Shown here one piece after another: positions 8,849-18,246 of a stretch of 57,762 bases of DNA. Origin of the DNA: Candidatus Fimadaptatus sp. (GTDB taxonomy: Bacteria > Bacillota > Clostridia > Christensenellales > Aristaeellaceae); contig CAWVGT010000109.1 in assembly GCA_963928645.1 (NCBI GenBank), positions 1 through 57,762 of the forward strand. The letters are read 5' to 3'. The number at the start of each line of letters is the position of its first letter. Position 1 is the stretch's first letter. Both the position numbers and the translations under genes were made by a program. Under the pieces are notes generated by a model. It saw nothing but the letters and a program-made list of their open reading frames with translations, had not been told where the DNA came from and ran no database searches.

Positions 8849-10207
8849 ATGGCTGACATGATAATACAGGGCATGCACGGCTGCAGCGCGGCCGAGAGCT
8901 ACGTGCCGCCGCGCGAGGAGCTGGTGCGCGAGCGGCTGGAGTGGTTCATGGATCAGAAGCTGGCGCTGATGATGCACTTTGGGCCGTATGCGCAGCTGGG
9001 CATCTGCGAGTCCTGGCCGCTGAGCGACGAGGACGCGTCGTGGTCGCGCAGCGAGGTCGACTGGGAGCGCGACCCGGAGGTGTTTCGCCGCCAGTACGTG
9101 AACCTCAACCGCTCGTTCAACCCGGTGCGCATGGTGCCGGAGCAGTGGGCGGACATAGGCGCGCGCGACGGCTTTAAGTACCTGATATTCACGACCAAGC
9201 ATCACGACGGCTTCTGCATGTACGACACCAAGTACACCGACTACAAGGTCACATCGCCCGACTGCCCGTTCAGCTTACACAAGTACGCCGACGTGGCGCG
9301 CCACGTGTTCGACGCGTTCCGGGCGCGGGGCATAGCGATAGCGGCGTACTTCTCCAAGCCGGACTGGCACTGCCCGTGGTACTGGGCGCCGGGCATGGCG
9401 ATGCCCGTGGGCGCATGGCGCAACCCGACCTATGTGCCCCAGGAGCACCCGGAGCTGTGGGAGCAGTACGTGCAGTTCACGCACAATCAGCTCATGGAGC
9501 TGCTCACCGATTACGGGCGCATAGACATAATCTGGCTGGACGGCGGCCAGGTGTCGCCGCAGAACGGCCAGGATATACGCCTGGGCGAGGTGCTGAGCCG
9601 GGCGCGCGAGCGGCAGCCCTGGCTGATTTCGGCCGACCGCACCGTGGGCGGCGAGAACGAGAACTACATAACCCCCGAGCAGAGCGTGCCCACCAGCGTG
9701 ATACCCGTGCCGTGGGAGAGCTGCATAACGGTGGGCACGGGCTTTGCGTTCAAGTACGAGGACAGGTACAAGTCGCCGCGCGAGTTGGTCAATCTGCTTA
9801 TAAGCGTGGTGTGCCGCGGCGGCAACCTGGCGCTCAACATATCGCCGCAGCCCGACGGGCGGCTGCCGCGCGGCGCGGTGGAGTCGGCCGACGGCCTGGG
9901 CGCGTGGCTGCGCGCCAACGGCGAGGCGATATACGCGACCCGCGTCTGCGAGCCGTACGAGGTCGGCGAGTTCGCGTTCACCCAGCGCGCGAGGGAGCGG
10001 CGGGTGTACGCGCTGCTGCGGCTGGGCGAGGGCGAGCAGCTGGGCGAGGAGGTCGTGATACCGTATCAGGGCGATGTGCGGCGCGTCGTGCTGCTGGACT
10101 GCGGCGAGCTGGGCTTTGAGCGGGTTGAGCAGGGCATAAAGGCGCGCCTGCCGTATGCGCTGCGGGGCGCGGCGCCGATAGCGCCGGCGTTCCGGCTGGA
10201 GCTGTAG
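8849..10207 (+). CDS. Alpha-L-fucosidase (GH29)
   Basis: 452 aa with an AAGGAG RBS. The GH29 signature is GFKYLIFTTKHHDGFCMYDTKYTDYKV, followed by FSKPDWHCPWYW and IDIIWLDGG. Confidence 0.85.
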   Translation: MADMIIQGMHGCSAAESYVPPREELVRERLEWFMDQKLALMMHFGPYAQLGICESWPLSDEDASWSRSEVDWERDPEVFRRQYVNLNRSFNPVRMVPEQWADIGARDGFKYLIFTTKHHDGFCMYDTKYTDYKVTSPDCPFSLHKYADVARHVFDAFRARGIAIAAYFSKPDWHCPWYWAPGMAMPVGAWRNPTYVPQEHPELWEQYVQFTHNQLMELLTDYGRIDIIWLDGGQVSPQNGQDIRLGEVLSRARERQPWLISADRTVGGENENYITPEQSVPTSVIPVPWESCITVGTGFAFKYEDRYKSPRELVNLLISVVCRGGNLALNISPQPDGRLPRGAVESADGLGAWLRANGEAIYATRVCEPYEVGEFAFTQRARERRVYALLRLGEGEQLGEEVVIPYQGDVRRVVLLDCGELGFERVEQGIKARLPYALRGAAPIAPAFRLEL

Positions 10208-10252
10208 CCGGGCGAGTTTCGACGGTTTACAGATTCTTTATAAAAATACGTA

Positions 10253-10281
10253 TTGCCTTTGCGTCCGATTTGTGATATCAT
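10253..10281 (+). promoter_or_regulatory. Candidate promoter of the aromatic amino-acid operon leader
   Basis: TTGCCT (10253-10258), 17-nt spacer, TATCAT (10276-10281), with TGA immediately upstream (extended -10-like). Confidence 0.5.
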
Positions 10282-10365
10282 ATACGCGGATTTTATCGAC
10301 AAAGCGCCTGGTGCGTCGCATGCGATAAAGGCATTCGGCGGCCCGGAGCGGAAGGGATAACTGCC

Positions 10366-10431
10366 ATGAGCAAGCTGTTTGCAGCCGAATACTTTAGCTA
10401 CTTTTACTTTACCGGCTTGAGGTCAAAGTAA
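10366..10431 (+). CDS. Putative 21-aa Phe/Tyr-rich leader peptide (MSKLFAAEYFSYFYFTGLRSK)
   Basis: The reading is ATG 10366 ... TAA 10429-10431, found by hand because it is below the ORF-track cutoff. A GAAGGGA SD-like sequence lies 8 nt upstream. There are 4 Phe and 3 Tyr in 21 codons, six of them within the seven codons 9-15. The codon run TAC TTT TAC TTT ACC (10399-10413) is complementary to 10421-10436. Confidence 0.6.
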   Translation: MSKLFAAEYFSYFYFTGLRSK

Positions 10432-10474
10432 AAGTAATTCGTGCTGCACGCATTTTCCGATATAGAGGATAAAT

Positions 10475-10515
10475 GAGAGGATTCGCAGTTGAATTACTGC
10501 GGATCCTCTTTTTTG
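10475..10515 (+). terminator. Intrinsic terminator (attenuator) 31 nt upstream of aroF
   Basis: GAGAGGATTCGCAG-TTGAATTA-CTGCGGATCCTC forms a 12-bp stem followed by TTTTTTG. It sits between the leader ORF and the aroF RBS (AAGGAG at about 10534). Confidence 0.85.
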
Positions 10516-10546
10516 ATATTTTAATTAAGGTTAAGGAGATGTCACT

Positions 10547-11566
10547 ATGATAGTCGTGCTCAAGAAGGATACCCGCAAGGAAGAGATGGACAACCTGATA
10601 ACCTGGCTGGAGAGTCAGAACGTGCGCACGCATGTGTCGTGCGGCGAGTACCAGACGGTGATAGGCCTGATAGGCGATACGACGCAGATCGACACCGACC
10701 TGATAGGCGGCCTGGACATAGTGGACAGCGTGACGCGCATAACCGACCCGTTCAAGAAGGCCAACCGCAAGTTCCATCCCGACGACAGCGTGATCCAGAT
10801 CGCCGATCAGATAGCGGTGGGCGGGGGCCACTTCCAGTTCATCGCGGGGCCGTGCTCGGTGGAATCGGCGGAGCAGCTGATGTGCATCGCCGACGCGGTC
10901 AAAAAGAGCGGCGCGCATCTGCTGCGCGGCGGCGCGTTCAAGCCGCGCACCTCGCCCTATGACTTCCAGGGGCTGCACGACGAGGGCATAAAGTTGCTGC
11001 TGGAGGCCAAGCGCCGCACCGGCATGCCGATAGTGACCGAGATAATGAACGCGAATCACCTGCCGCTGTTTGAGGATGTGGACGTTATACAGGTCGGCGC
11101 GCGCAACATGCAGAACTTTGAGCTGCTCAAGGAGCTGGGCCGCACCAACAAGCCCATACTGCTCAAGCGCGGCCTGGCCAATACCATAAAGGAGCTGCTG
11201 ATGAGCGCCGAGTACATAATGGCGGGCGGCAACGAGAACATAATGCTGTGCGAGCGCGGCATACGCACGTTCGAGACCTACACGCGCAACACGCTCGACC
11301 TGTCGGCGGTCACGGTGCTGCACGAGCTGACGCACCTGCCGGTAGTGGTCGACCCGAGCCACGCCACTGGCGTGTCGCGCTACGTCAAGTCGATGGCGCT
11401 GGCCGCGGCGGCGTGCGGCGCGGACGGGCTGATGATAGAGGTGCACAACGACCCCAAGCACGCCAAGTGCGACGGCGCGCAGTCGCTGACGCCCGCGCAG
11501 TTCGACGACGTGGCGCGCTCGGTGCTGGCGGTGCGCGCGGCGATAGGGGGCGGGGACAATGGCTGA
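10547..11566 (+). CDS. aroF: 3-deoxy-7-phosphoheptulonate (DAHP) synthase, class I-beta with an N-terminal ferredoxin-like regulatory domain
   Basis: 339 aa. The N-terminal domain of about 70 aa ([26 protein letters not shown]...) is followed by a KDO8PS-like core ([35 protein letters not shown]). Confidence 0.93.
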   Translation: MIVVLKKDTRKEEMDNLITWLESQNVRTHVSCGEYQTVIGLIGDTTQIDTDLIGGLDIVDSVTRITDPFKKANRKFHPDDSVIQIADQIAVGGGHFQFIAGPCSVESAEQLMCIADAVKKSGAHLLRGGAFKPRTSPYDFQGLHDEGIKLLLEAKRRTGMPIVTEIMNANHLPLFEDVDVIQVGARNMQNFELLKELGRTNKPILLKRGLANTIKELLMSAEYIMAGGNENIMLCERGIRTFETYTRNTLDLSAVTVLHELTHLPVVVDPSHATGVSRYVKSMALAAAACGADGLMIEVHNDPKHAKCDGAQSLTPAQFDDVARSVLAVRAAIGGGDNG

Positions 11567-12413
11567 GCGCAGCATGATAGGCGTGGTCGGGCTGGGCCTC
11601 ATCGGCGGCTCGATGTGCAAGGCGCTGGTCAAGGCGGGCCACGTGGTCGTGGGCATGGATGCCGACGCCACGACCGAGGACTACGCCAAACTCGCGGGCA
11701 TAATCGACGACAAGCTGAGCGACGCGCGGCTGGGCGAGTGCGACTACCTGTTCATAGCGCTGTATCCGGCGGCGGCGGTCGACTACCTGCGGCGCAACGC
11801 GTCCAAGCTCAAGCCGGGTGCGGTCGTGATGGACCTGTGCGGCGTAAAGCGCGCGGTGTGCGCGCCGTGCTTTGAGCTGGCCCGGGAGCATGGGTTCACC
11901 TACATAGGCGGCCACCCAATGGCGGGCACGCAGTTCTCGGGCATCAAGTACGCGCGCGACGACATGTTCAACAACGCCACGATGGTCATGGTCACGCGCG
12001 AGGACGAGGACCTGTACGTGCTCAGCCGCGTGCGCGACCTGCTGCGCGACGCCGGGTTCAAGGCGGTCACGCTGACCAGCGCCGACAAGCACGACGAGAT
12101 GATAGCGTTCACCTCGCAGCTGGCGCACGTCGTGTCCAACGCATACGTCAAGTCGCCCACGGCGCAGGCGCACCACAGCTTCTCGGCGGGCAGCTATCGC
12201 GACCTGACGCGCGTGGCCAAGCTCAACGAGACGATGTGGACCGAGCTGTTCCTGGACAACGCCGACTACCTGGGCAACGAGCTGGACTGGATAATCGGCG
12301 CGCTCAGCGAGTACCGCGACGCGATAAGGCGCGGCGACGCCGACACGCTCAAGCGGCTGCTGCGCGAGGGCCGCGAGCGCAAGGAGGCGATCGATACCGA
12401 ATGGAAGCGCTGA
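11559..12413 (+). CDS. tyrA: Prephenate dehydrogenase
   Basis: 284 aa with a Rossmann N-terminus (IGVVGLGLIGGSMCKAL), GGHPMAG and FTSQLAHVVS motifs. The start overlaps the aroF stop (ATGGCTGA). Confidence 0.9.
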   Translation: MAERSMIGVVGLGLIGGSMCKALVKAGHVVVGMDADATTEDYAKLAGIIDDKLSDARLGECDYLFIALYPAAAVDYLRRNASKLKPGAVVMDLCGVKRAVCAPCFELAREHGFTYIGGHPMAGTQFSGIKYARDDMFNNATMVMVTREDEDLYVLSRVRDLLRDAGFKAVTLTSADKHDEMIAFTSQLAHVVSNAYVKSPTAQAHHSFSAGSYRDLTRVAKLNETMWTELFLDNADYLGNELDWIIGALSEYRDAIRRGDADTLKRLLREGRERKEAIDTEWKR

Positions 12414-13462
12414 CGATAAACACGAAACCCGCCTACCGGGTGCTGCTGGGCCGGGAGCTGTTGGAGCGGGCAGGCGAGCTCAGCCGCGAGGCGCTGCGCG
12501 GGCGCAGGGTGCTGGTGGTGTCGGACGACAACGTGGCGCCGCTCTACCTTGAGCGCGTGCGCGAGTCGTATGCGCGCGCGGGGTTTGCCGTGGACGAGTA
12601 CGTGGCGCCGCATGGCGAGCACGCCAAGTCGCTCAATACGCTGAGCGACCTGCTCGAGCGCGCGGCGGCGCTGGGGCTGACGCGCGCCGACGCGATGGTC
12701 GCGCTGGGCGGCGGCGTGATAGGCGACCTGACCGGGCTGGCGGCGGCGCTGTACATGCGCGGCATAGAGCTGGTGCAGCTGCCCACGACGCTGCTGGCGA
12801 TGGTTGACTCGTCGGTCGGCGGCAAGACCGCGGTCAATCTGGCGGCGGGCAAGAACCTGTGCGGCGCGTTCTACCAGCCGCGGCTGGTGCTCTGCGACAC
12901 GGGCGCGCTGGCCACGCTGCCGCGCGAGATATACGCCGAGGGCATGGCCGAGGTCATAAAGTACGGCGCAATCTGCTCGCCCTGGATACTGGACGAGCTG
13001 GCGCGCGGCGGCGACCTGACCGCGGTGATACGCGAATGCGTGCGCATAAAGGGCGACATAGTCGAGCGCGACGAGCGCGACCTGGGCCTGAGGCAGCTGC
13101 TCAACTTCGGGCACACATTTGGCCATGCGATAGAGAAGCTCAGCGACTTTGGCATGTACCACGGCGAGGCGGTGAGCGTGGGCATGCTGATAGCGGCGCG
13201 CGTGGCGCAGGCGCAGGGCTGGTGCGCGGACGACGTGTACGGCGAGCTGCATGCGCTGCTCAGCGCGCAGTCGCTGCCGCTGACCACGCGCTTCACGGCG
13301 GCCGAGATAGCCGCGCACGCGATGAGTGACAAGAAGAAGCAGGGCGCGCGGCTGACGCTGGTGCTGCCCGAGCGGCGCGGCAGCTGCGCGCTGCGCGAGA
13401 TAGCCGCGTCCGAGCTCGAGGCGCTGATGGCGCCGTGTGAAGGACTGGTGACGGGCGTATGA
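12401..13462 (+). CDS. aroB: 3-dehydroquinate synthase
   Basis: Start trimmed to ATG 12401 (MEALTINTKPAYRVLLG...). It has GGGVIGDLTGLAAALYMRGIELVQLPTTLLAMVDSSVGGKTAVN and the HTFGHAIE metal site. It overlaps the tyrA end. Confidence 0.93.
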   Translation: MEALTINTKPAYRVLLGRELLERAGELSREALRGRRVLVVSDDNVAPLYLERVRESYARAGFAVDEYVAPHGEHAKSLNTLSDLLERAAALGLTRADAMVALGGGVIGDLTGLAAALYMRGIELVQLPTTLLAMVDSSVGGKTAVNLAAGKNLCGAFYQPRLVLCDTGALATLPREIYAEGMAEVIKYGAICSPWILDELARGGDLTAVIRECVRIKGDIVERDERDLGLRQLLNFGHTFGHAIEKLSDFGMYHGEAVSVGMLIAARVAQAQGWCADDVYGELHALLSAQSLPLTTRFTAAEIAAHAMSDKKKQGARLTLVLPERRGSCALREIAASELEALMAPCEGLVTGV

Positions 13463-14739
13463 ACATCCGGATAACCCCGGGCGCGCTGTCCGGGCGGATT
13501 AGCGACGTGATAGCGTCCAAGTCGCAGGCGCATAGGGTGCTGATCTGCGCCGCGCTGGCCGACGCGCCCACGCAGATAGAGTGCAACTCGCAGTCGCAGG
13601 ACATACGCGCCACGGCGCGCTGCATAGAGGCGCTGGGCGCGCGTGTGGAGTTCTGCCCGGGCGGCATGCGCGTAAGCCCCGTGCCGCGCGGCGCACAGTC
13701 GGCCGGCGCGGAGCTGGACTGCGGCGAGAGCGGTTCAACGCTCAGGTTCATGCTGCCGCTGGCGGGCGCGCTGGGCGCGGATTGCGCGTTCACGGGCCAG
13801 GGGCTGCTGGCCAGCCGGCCGCTGTCGCCGCTGTACGAGCAGCTCGCGCGGCACGGCATGGCGCTGTCGCCGGCGGGCGCGTTTCCGCTGAGCTGCGCGG
13901 GCAGGCTGCAGCCGGGCCGCTATGAGCTCGTGGGCAATGTGTCCTCCCAGTTCATCACCGGGCTGCTGCTGGCGCTGCCGCTGCTGGACGGCGACAGCGA
14001 GATAGCGGTCGCGGGACGGCTAGAGTCCGAGCCATACGTCAACATGACATTGGACGCGCTGGCGCTGTTCGGCATAGGCGTGGAGCGCGCGACCGGCGAC
14101 GACAGGGTATACCATGTGGCGGGCGGTCAGCGCGCGCGCACGCCGGGCCGGGTGCGCATAGAGGGCGACTGGTCGAGCGCGGCGTTCTGGCTGGCAGCCG
14201 GGGCGCTGGGCGGCATGGGCGTGGAGTGCGCGCCGCTCGACGCGGCCTCGTCGCAGGGCGACCGCGCTATACTGGACATACTCAGGCGCTTTGGCGCGGG
14301 CGTGGAGCTGAGCGGGGATGCGGCGCGCGTGCATCCGGCCACGCTCACGGGCATAGAGCTGGATGCGACCGACATACCCGACCTCGTGCCTGTAACCGCG
14401 GTGGTAGCGGGCGCGGCGCGCGGCCGGACGCGCATCACGGGCATAGCGCGGCTCCGGCTCAAGGAATCGGATCGCGTGGCGACGGTGTTAGCGATGCTGC
14501 ATGCGCTGGGCGTGGAGGCATTCGAGCACGACGGCGCGCTGACGATATACGGCCGGGGCACGCTGCTGGGCGGTACGATCGATTCGTTCAACGACCACCG
14601 CATAGCGATGGCGGCGGCGATAGCGGGCAGCGCGGCGCGCACGCCGGTCACGGTGCGGGGCGCGCAGGCGTGCGCCAAGTCGTATCCGGGTTTCTTTGAC
14701 AAGTTTGCGGCGCTGGGCGGCCGGGTTGAGGAGGTTTGA
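13459..14739 (+). CDS. aroA: 3-phosphoshikimate 1-carboxyvinyltransferase (EPSP synthase)
   Basis: 426 aa with SKSQAHRVLICAAL, a LDCGESGSTLRFM-type motif and a NDHRIAMAAAIAG C-terminal motif. The ATGA start overlaps the aroB stop. Confidence 0.93.
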   Translation: MNIRITPGALSGRISDVIASKSQAHRVLICAALADAPTQIECNSQSQDIRATARCIEALGARVEFCPGGMRVSPVPRGAQSAGAELDCGESGSTLRFMLPLAGALGADCAFTGQGLLASRPLSPLYEQLARHGMALSPAGAFPLSCAGRLQPGRYELVGNVSSQFITGLLLALPLLDGDSEIAVAGRLESEPYVNMTLDALALFGIGVERATGDDRVYHVAGGQRARTPGRVRIEGDWSSAAFWLAAGALGGMGVECAPLDAASSQGDRAILDILRRFGAGVELSGDAARVHPATLTGIELDATDIPDLVPVTAVVAGAARGRTRITGIARLRLKESDRVATVLAMLHALGVEAFEHDGALTIYGRGTLLGGTIDSFNDHRIAMAAAIAGSAARTPVTVRGAQACAKSYPGFFDKFAALGGRVEEV

Positions 14740-14740
14740 C

Positions 14741-15814
14741 ATGCCTTCGGTATTTGGCGATAGGATCAGGGTATCGGTATTCGGGCAGTCGCACTCGGAG
14801 GCGATAGGCGTCGTGATAGACGGCCTGCCCGCGGGCATTGCAATCGACATGGACGAGCTGCGCGCGTTTATGGCGCGGCGCGCGCCCGGGCAGGGCCGGC
14901 ACACCACCGCGCGGCGCGAGGCCGACCTGCCCGAGTTCGTGAGCGGCGTGGTGGACGGCGTGACCTGCGGCGCGCCGGTGTGCGCGCTGATACGCAACAC
15001 CGATACGCGCTCGGGCGACTACGCGAACCTGCGCGACGTGCCGCGGCCGGGCCACGCCGACTACACGGCCTACGTCAAGTTTGGCGCGGCGCACGACATA
15101 CGCGGCGGGGGCCACTTCTCAGGCCGACTGACCGCGCCGCTGTGCATAGCGGGCGGCATAGCGCTGCAGCTGCTCGCGGGGCGCGGCGTGAGCGTGGGCG
15201 CGCACCTGGCGTCGGTGGGCGATGTGGAGGACGCGCGGTTCGATCCGGTCAGCGTGTGCGCGCGGGACTTTGCGGCGCTGCGCACAAACGCGCTGCCGGT
15301 GCTGGACGCCGGCGCGGCGCAGCGCATGCTGGACGAGATAGAGCGCGCGCGGCTGGACGCGGACTCGATCGGCGGCACGATAGAGTGCGCGATAGTCGGG
15401 CTGCCGGCGGGGCTGGGCGACGCGCTGTTTGGCGGGCTGGAGGGCCGGCTGGCGCAGGCGCTGTTTGGCGTGCCGGCGGTCAAGGGCGTGGAGTTTGGCA
15501 GCGGGTTTGCGGGCGCGCGCACGCGGGGTTCGGTCAACAACGACGCGTTTGAGGTCGAGGCGGGGCGCATAAGGTGCGCGACCAACAACGCCGGCGGCAT
15601 ACTGGGCGGCATATCCAGCGGCATGCCGGTGGTGTTCCGGGTGGCGGTAAAGCCCACGGCGTCGATAGGCCGACCGCAGCGCAGCGTGAGCCTGAGCCGG
15701 GGCGAGCCGGCGGAGCTGGTGGTAAAGGGCCGGCACGACCCGTGCATAGCGCCGCGCGCGGTGCCGGTGATAGAGGCGGTCGCGGCGCTGGCGGTGTTGG
15801 AGTACATACTATAA
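14741..15814 (+). CDS. aroC: Chorismate synthase
   Basis: Start trimmed to ATG 14741 (MPSVFGDRIRVSVFGQSHSEAIGVVIDGLP...), 1 nt after the aroA stop. It has RPGHADY and GRHDPCIAPRAVPV motifs. Confidence 0.93.
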   Translation: MPSVFGDRIRVSVFGQSHSEAIGVVIDGLPAGIAIDMDELRAFMARRAPGQGRHTTARREADLPEFVSGVVDGVTCGAPVCALIRNTDTRSGDYANLRDVPRPGHADYTAYVKFGAAHDIRGGGHFSGRLTAPLCIAGGIALQLLAGRGVSVGAHLASVGDVEDARFDPVSVCARDFAALRTNALPVLDAGAAQRMLDEIERARLDADSIGGTIECAIVGLPAGLGDALFGGLEGRLAQALFGVPAVKGVEFGSGFAGARTRGSVNNDAFEVEAGRIRCATNNAGGILGGISSGMPVVFRVAVKPTASIGRPQRSVSLSRGEPAELVVKGRHDPCIAPRAVPVIEAVAALAVLEYIL

Positions 15815-15839
15815 TATAGAAGGGCAGAGGGCGAGCAAT

Positions 15840-16982
15840 ATGGACATGAATCAGATACGTCAGCGCATAGACGAGATAGATGCGGGCATAGTCGAGCTGT
15901 ATAAGCAGCGCATGGAGGCGGTCAGCGAGATAGGCGCATACAAGCGCGCCAACAAGCTGCCGGTATACGACAGCGAGCGCGAGCGCAACCTGCTCAACAA
16001 GGTGGCCGAGCAGGCCGGCGAGGAATACGAGGGCGGCGTGCGCGCGATGTTCCAGACGATAATGGATCTGTCGCGCTCGTATCAGCTGCGCGCACTGGGG
16101 CGCGCGTCCGCGCTGGCCGAGCGCATGAACGCGGCGGTAGAGTCAACCGAGCAGCTGTTCCCGCCCAAGGCCATGGTCGCGTGCCAGGGCGTGGAGGGCG
16201 CGTATTCGCAGATAGCGTGCGAGAAGCTGTTCAAGGCGCCGTCGATAATGTACTGCAAGAACTTCGAGAGCGTGTTCGCGGCGATAGAGGCGGGGCTGTG
16301 CCGCTACGGCGTGCTGCCGATAGAGAACAGCCTGGCGGGCTCGGTCAACAGCGTGTACGACCAGATGATATCGCATAACTTCTACATAGTGCGCAGCGTG
16401 CGCATCAAGGTGGATCACTCGCTGCTGGCGCGCCCGGGCGTAAAGCTCGAGCAGGTGCGCGAGGTGTACTCGCATGAGCAGGCACTGAGCCAGTGCTCGC
16501 AGTTCCTGGCCTCGCACAAGGACATACACGTCAACGTGTGCAGCAACACCGCGGCGGCGGCCAAGCTGGTGGCCGAGTCGGATCGCGACGACGTGGCGGC
16601 GATAGCCTCGGGCAACTGCGGCGCGCTGTACGGGCTCAACTGCATAGGCGCCGACATACAAAACGACGGCAACAACCACACGCGCTTCATCTGCATCTCC
16701 AAGAAGCTCGAGATCTACCCGGGCGCGGATCGCACCAGCCTCATGGCGGTGCTGCCCAACCGCGTGGGCTCGCTGTACCACATGCTGAGCCGGTTCTACG
16801 CGCTGGGCATAAACCTCACCAAGCTCGAATCGCGCCCGATGCCCGGCCATGACTTCGAGTTCATGTTCTACTTCGACGTGGACGCCTCGATATACGCGCC
16901 CGGGCTCAAGCAGCTGATAGCCGAGCTGGATACCGAACTCGACCGGTTCACGTACCTGGGCAGCTATTCGGAAGTGGTGTGA
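15840..16982 (+). CDS. pheA: Bifunctional chorismate mutase / prephenate dehydratase (P-protein) with a C-terminal ACT domain
   Basis: 380 aa. The CM_2 N-terminus is IRQRIDEIDAGIVELYKQRMEAV. The PDT core is VACQGVEGAYSQIA...LPIENSLAGSV. The ACT domain is TSLMAVLPNRVGSLYHMLSRFYALGINLTKLESRP. Confidence 0.92.
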   Translation: MDMNQIRQRIDEIDAGIVELYKQRMEAVSEIGAYKRANKLPVYDSERERNLLNKVAEQAGEEYEGGVRAMFQTIMDLSRSYQLRALGRASALAERMNAAVESTEQLFPPKAMVACQGVEGAYSQIACEKLFKAPSIMYCKNFESVFAAIEAGLCRYGVLPIENSLAGSVNSVYDQMISHNFYIVRSVRIKVDHSLLARPGVKLEQVREVYSHEQALSQCSQFLASHKDIHVNVCSNTAAAAKLVAESDRDDVAAIASGNCGALYGLNCIGADIQNDGNNHTRFICISKKLEIYPGADRTSLMAVLPNRVGSLYHMLSRFYALGINLTKLESRPMPGHDFEFMFYFDVDASIYAPGLKQLIAELDTELDRFTYLGSYSEVV

Positions 16983-16986
16983 CGGT

Positions 16987-18243
16987 ATGTGCGACATGGA
17001 GCGATACGGCCTGCTGGGCGAGAAGCTGGGTCACAGCTATTCGGCGCTGATACACGGCCTGTTCGGCGGGTATTCATATGAGCTGTATCCGATGCCGCGC
17101 GAGGCGGTGCCGGGGTTCATTGAGCGGCGCGAGTTCCGCGCGATAAACGTCACGATACCGTACAAGGAACTGGTAATGCCGTACCTGGACACAATATCGG
17201 ACAACGCGCGCGCGATAGGCAGCGTGAATACGATCGTAAAGGACGCGCAGGGCGCGCTGCATGGCTTCAACACCGACAAGTACGGCTTTGAGCAGCTGCT
17301 AAAGCGCTCGGGCATAGCCGTATCCGGGCGCAAGTGCCTGGTGCTGGGCAGCGGCGGCTCGTCCAAGACGGTGCGCGTGGTGCTGCGCGAGCAGGGCGCG
17401 CGGGAGGTACGCATAATATCGCGTACGGGCGAGGACAACTACTCCAACCTGGAGCGCAACGCGGACGCGCAGGTGATAGTCAACACCACGCCGGTGGGCA
17501 TGTACCCCAATACCGGGGTCGCGCCGCTCGAACTGAGCCGGTTCCCGCAGCTGGAGGGCGTGCTGGATCTGATATACAATCCGGCGCGCACGCAGCTGCT
17601 GCTGGACGCAGAGCGGCTGGGGGTGCGCTGCGCCAACGGGCTGCACATGCTGGTGGCGCAGGCCAAGCTCGCCAGCGAGCTGTTCCGCGACGTTCAGCTG
17701 GACGATGGCATAATCGATCGCGTGCGCGCGCGGATAGAGCGCGACACGCACAACATAGTGCTGATAGGCATGCCCGGCAGCGGCAAGACCACGCTGGGCG
17801 AGCGGCTCGCGCAGCGGCTCGGGCGGCAGCTGATAGACACCGACGAGAGCGTGATGGCCATAACGGGCGGGCGCGACGCGGCGTCGATAATCCGCAACGA
17901 GGGCGAGGCCGAGTTCAGGCGGATCGAGACATGCGCGGTGCGCGAGGCGGGCATGCGCAGCGGCTGCGTCATAGCGACCGGCGGCGGCGTGGTTACGCAG
18001 CGCGCCAACCGCGACCCGCTGCGGCAAAACTCGGTCATATTCTTTGTGGACAGGCCGCTTGAGCAGTTGGAGCTCAGCGATACGCGTCCGCTGTCTATGA
18101 CGCGCGCCCAGAACGAGGCGCTGTACGCGCACAGGCGGCCGCTGTACGAAGAGCTGTGCGACTATGCGGTGCGCAATATAGAGATCGATACGGCGGTGAA
18201 CGACATAATACGCGCGTTCGACGCGCACTTTGGCGAGGTGTGA
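16987..18243 (+). CDS. aroE-aroK: Shikimate dehydrogenase fused to shikimate kinase
   Basis: 418 aa. The N-terminal AroE part has LGHSYSALIH, NVTIPYKE, VNTIV and NTDKYGF. The C-terminal AroK part has the Walker A motif NIVLIGMPGSGKTTLGERLA and TGGGVV. The start could be 16987 or 16996. Confidence 0.9.
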   Translation: MCDMERYGLLGEKLGHSYSALIHGLFGGYSYELYPMPREAVPGFIERREFRAINVTIPYKELVMPYLDTISDNARAIGSVNTIVKDAQGALHGFNTDKYGFEQLLKRSGIAVSGRKCLVLGSGGSSKTVRVVLREQGAREVRIISRTGEDNYSNLERNADAQVIVNTTPVGMYPNTGVAPLELSRFPQLEGVLDLIYNPARTQLLLDAERLGVRCANGLHMLVAQAKLASELFRDVQLDDGIIDRVRARIERDTHNIVLIGMPGSGKTTLGERLAQRLGRQLIDTDESVMAITGGRDAASIIRNEGEAEFRRIETCAVREAGMRSGCVIATGGGVVTQRANRDPLRQNSVIFFVDRPLEQLELSDTRPLSMTRAQNEALYAHRRPLYEELCDYAVRNIEIDTAVNDIIRAFDAHFGEV

Positions 18244-18246
18244 GCG

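Noticed and set aside
10285-10520. The aro leader as a T-box (Tyr/Phe specifier), because TAC and TTT codons are clustered there and T-boxes are the Firmicute norm.
   Set aside because: There is no T-box core. The best candidate, GTGCTGCACGC, matches GTGGTACCGCG at only about 6 of 11 positions and lacks the UGGN bulge needed to pair with the tRNA NCCA end. There is no AGAGA/GNUGGA Stem-I distal motif. The F/Y codons are in frame within a small ORF that has an SD-like sequence, and they form a 15-bp hairpin typical of leader-peptide attenuators.
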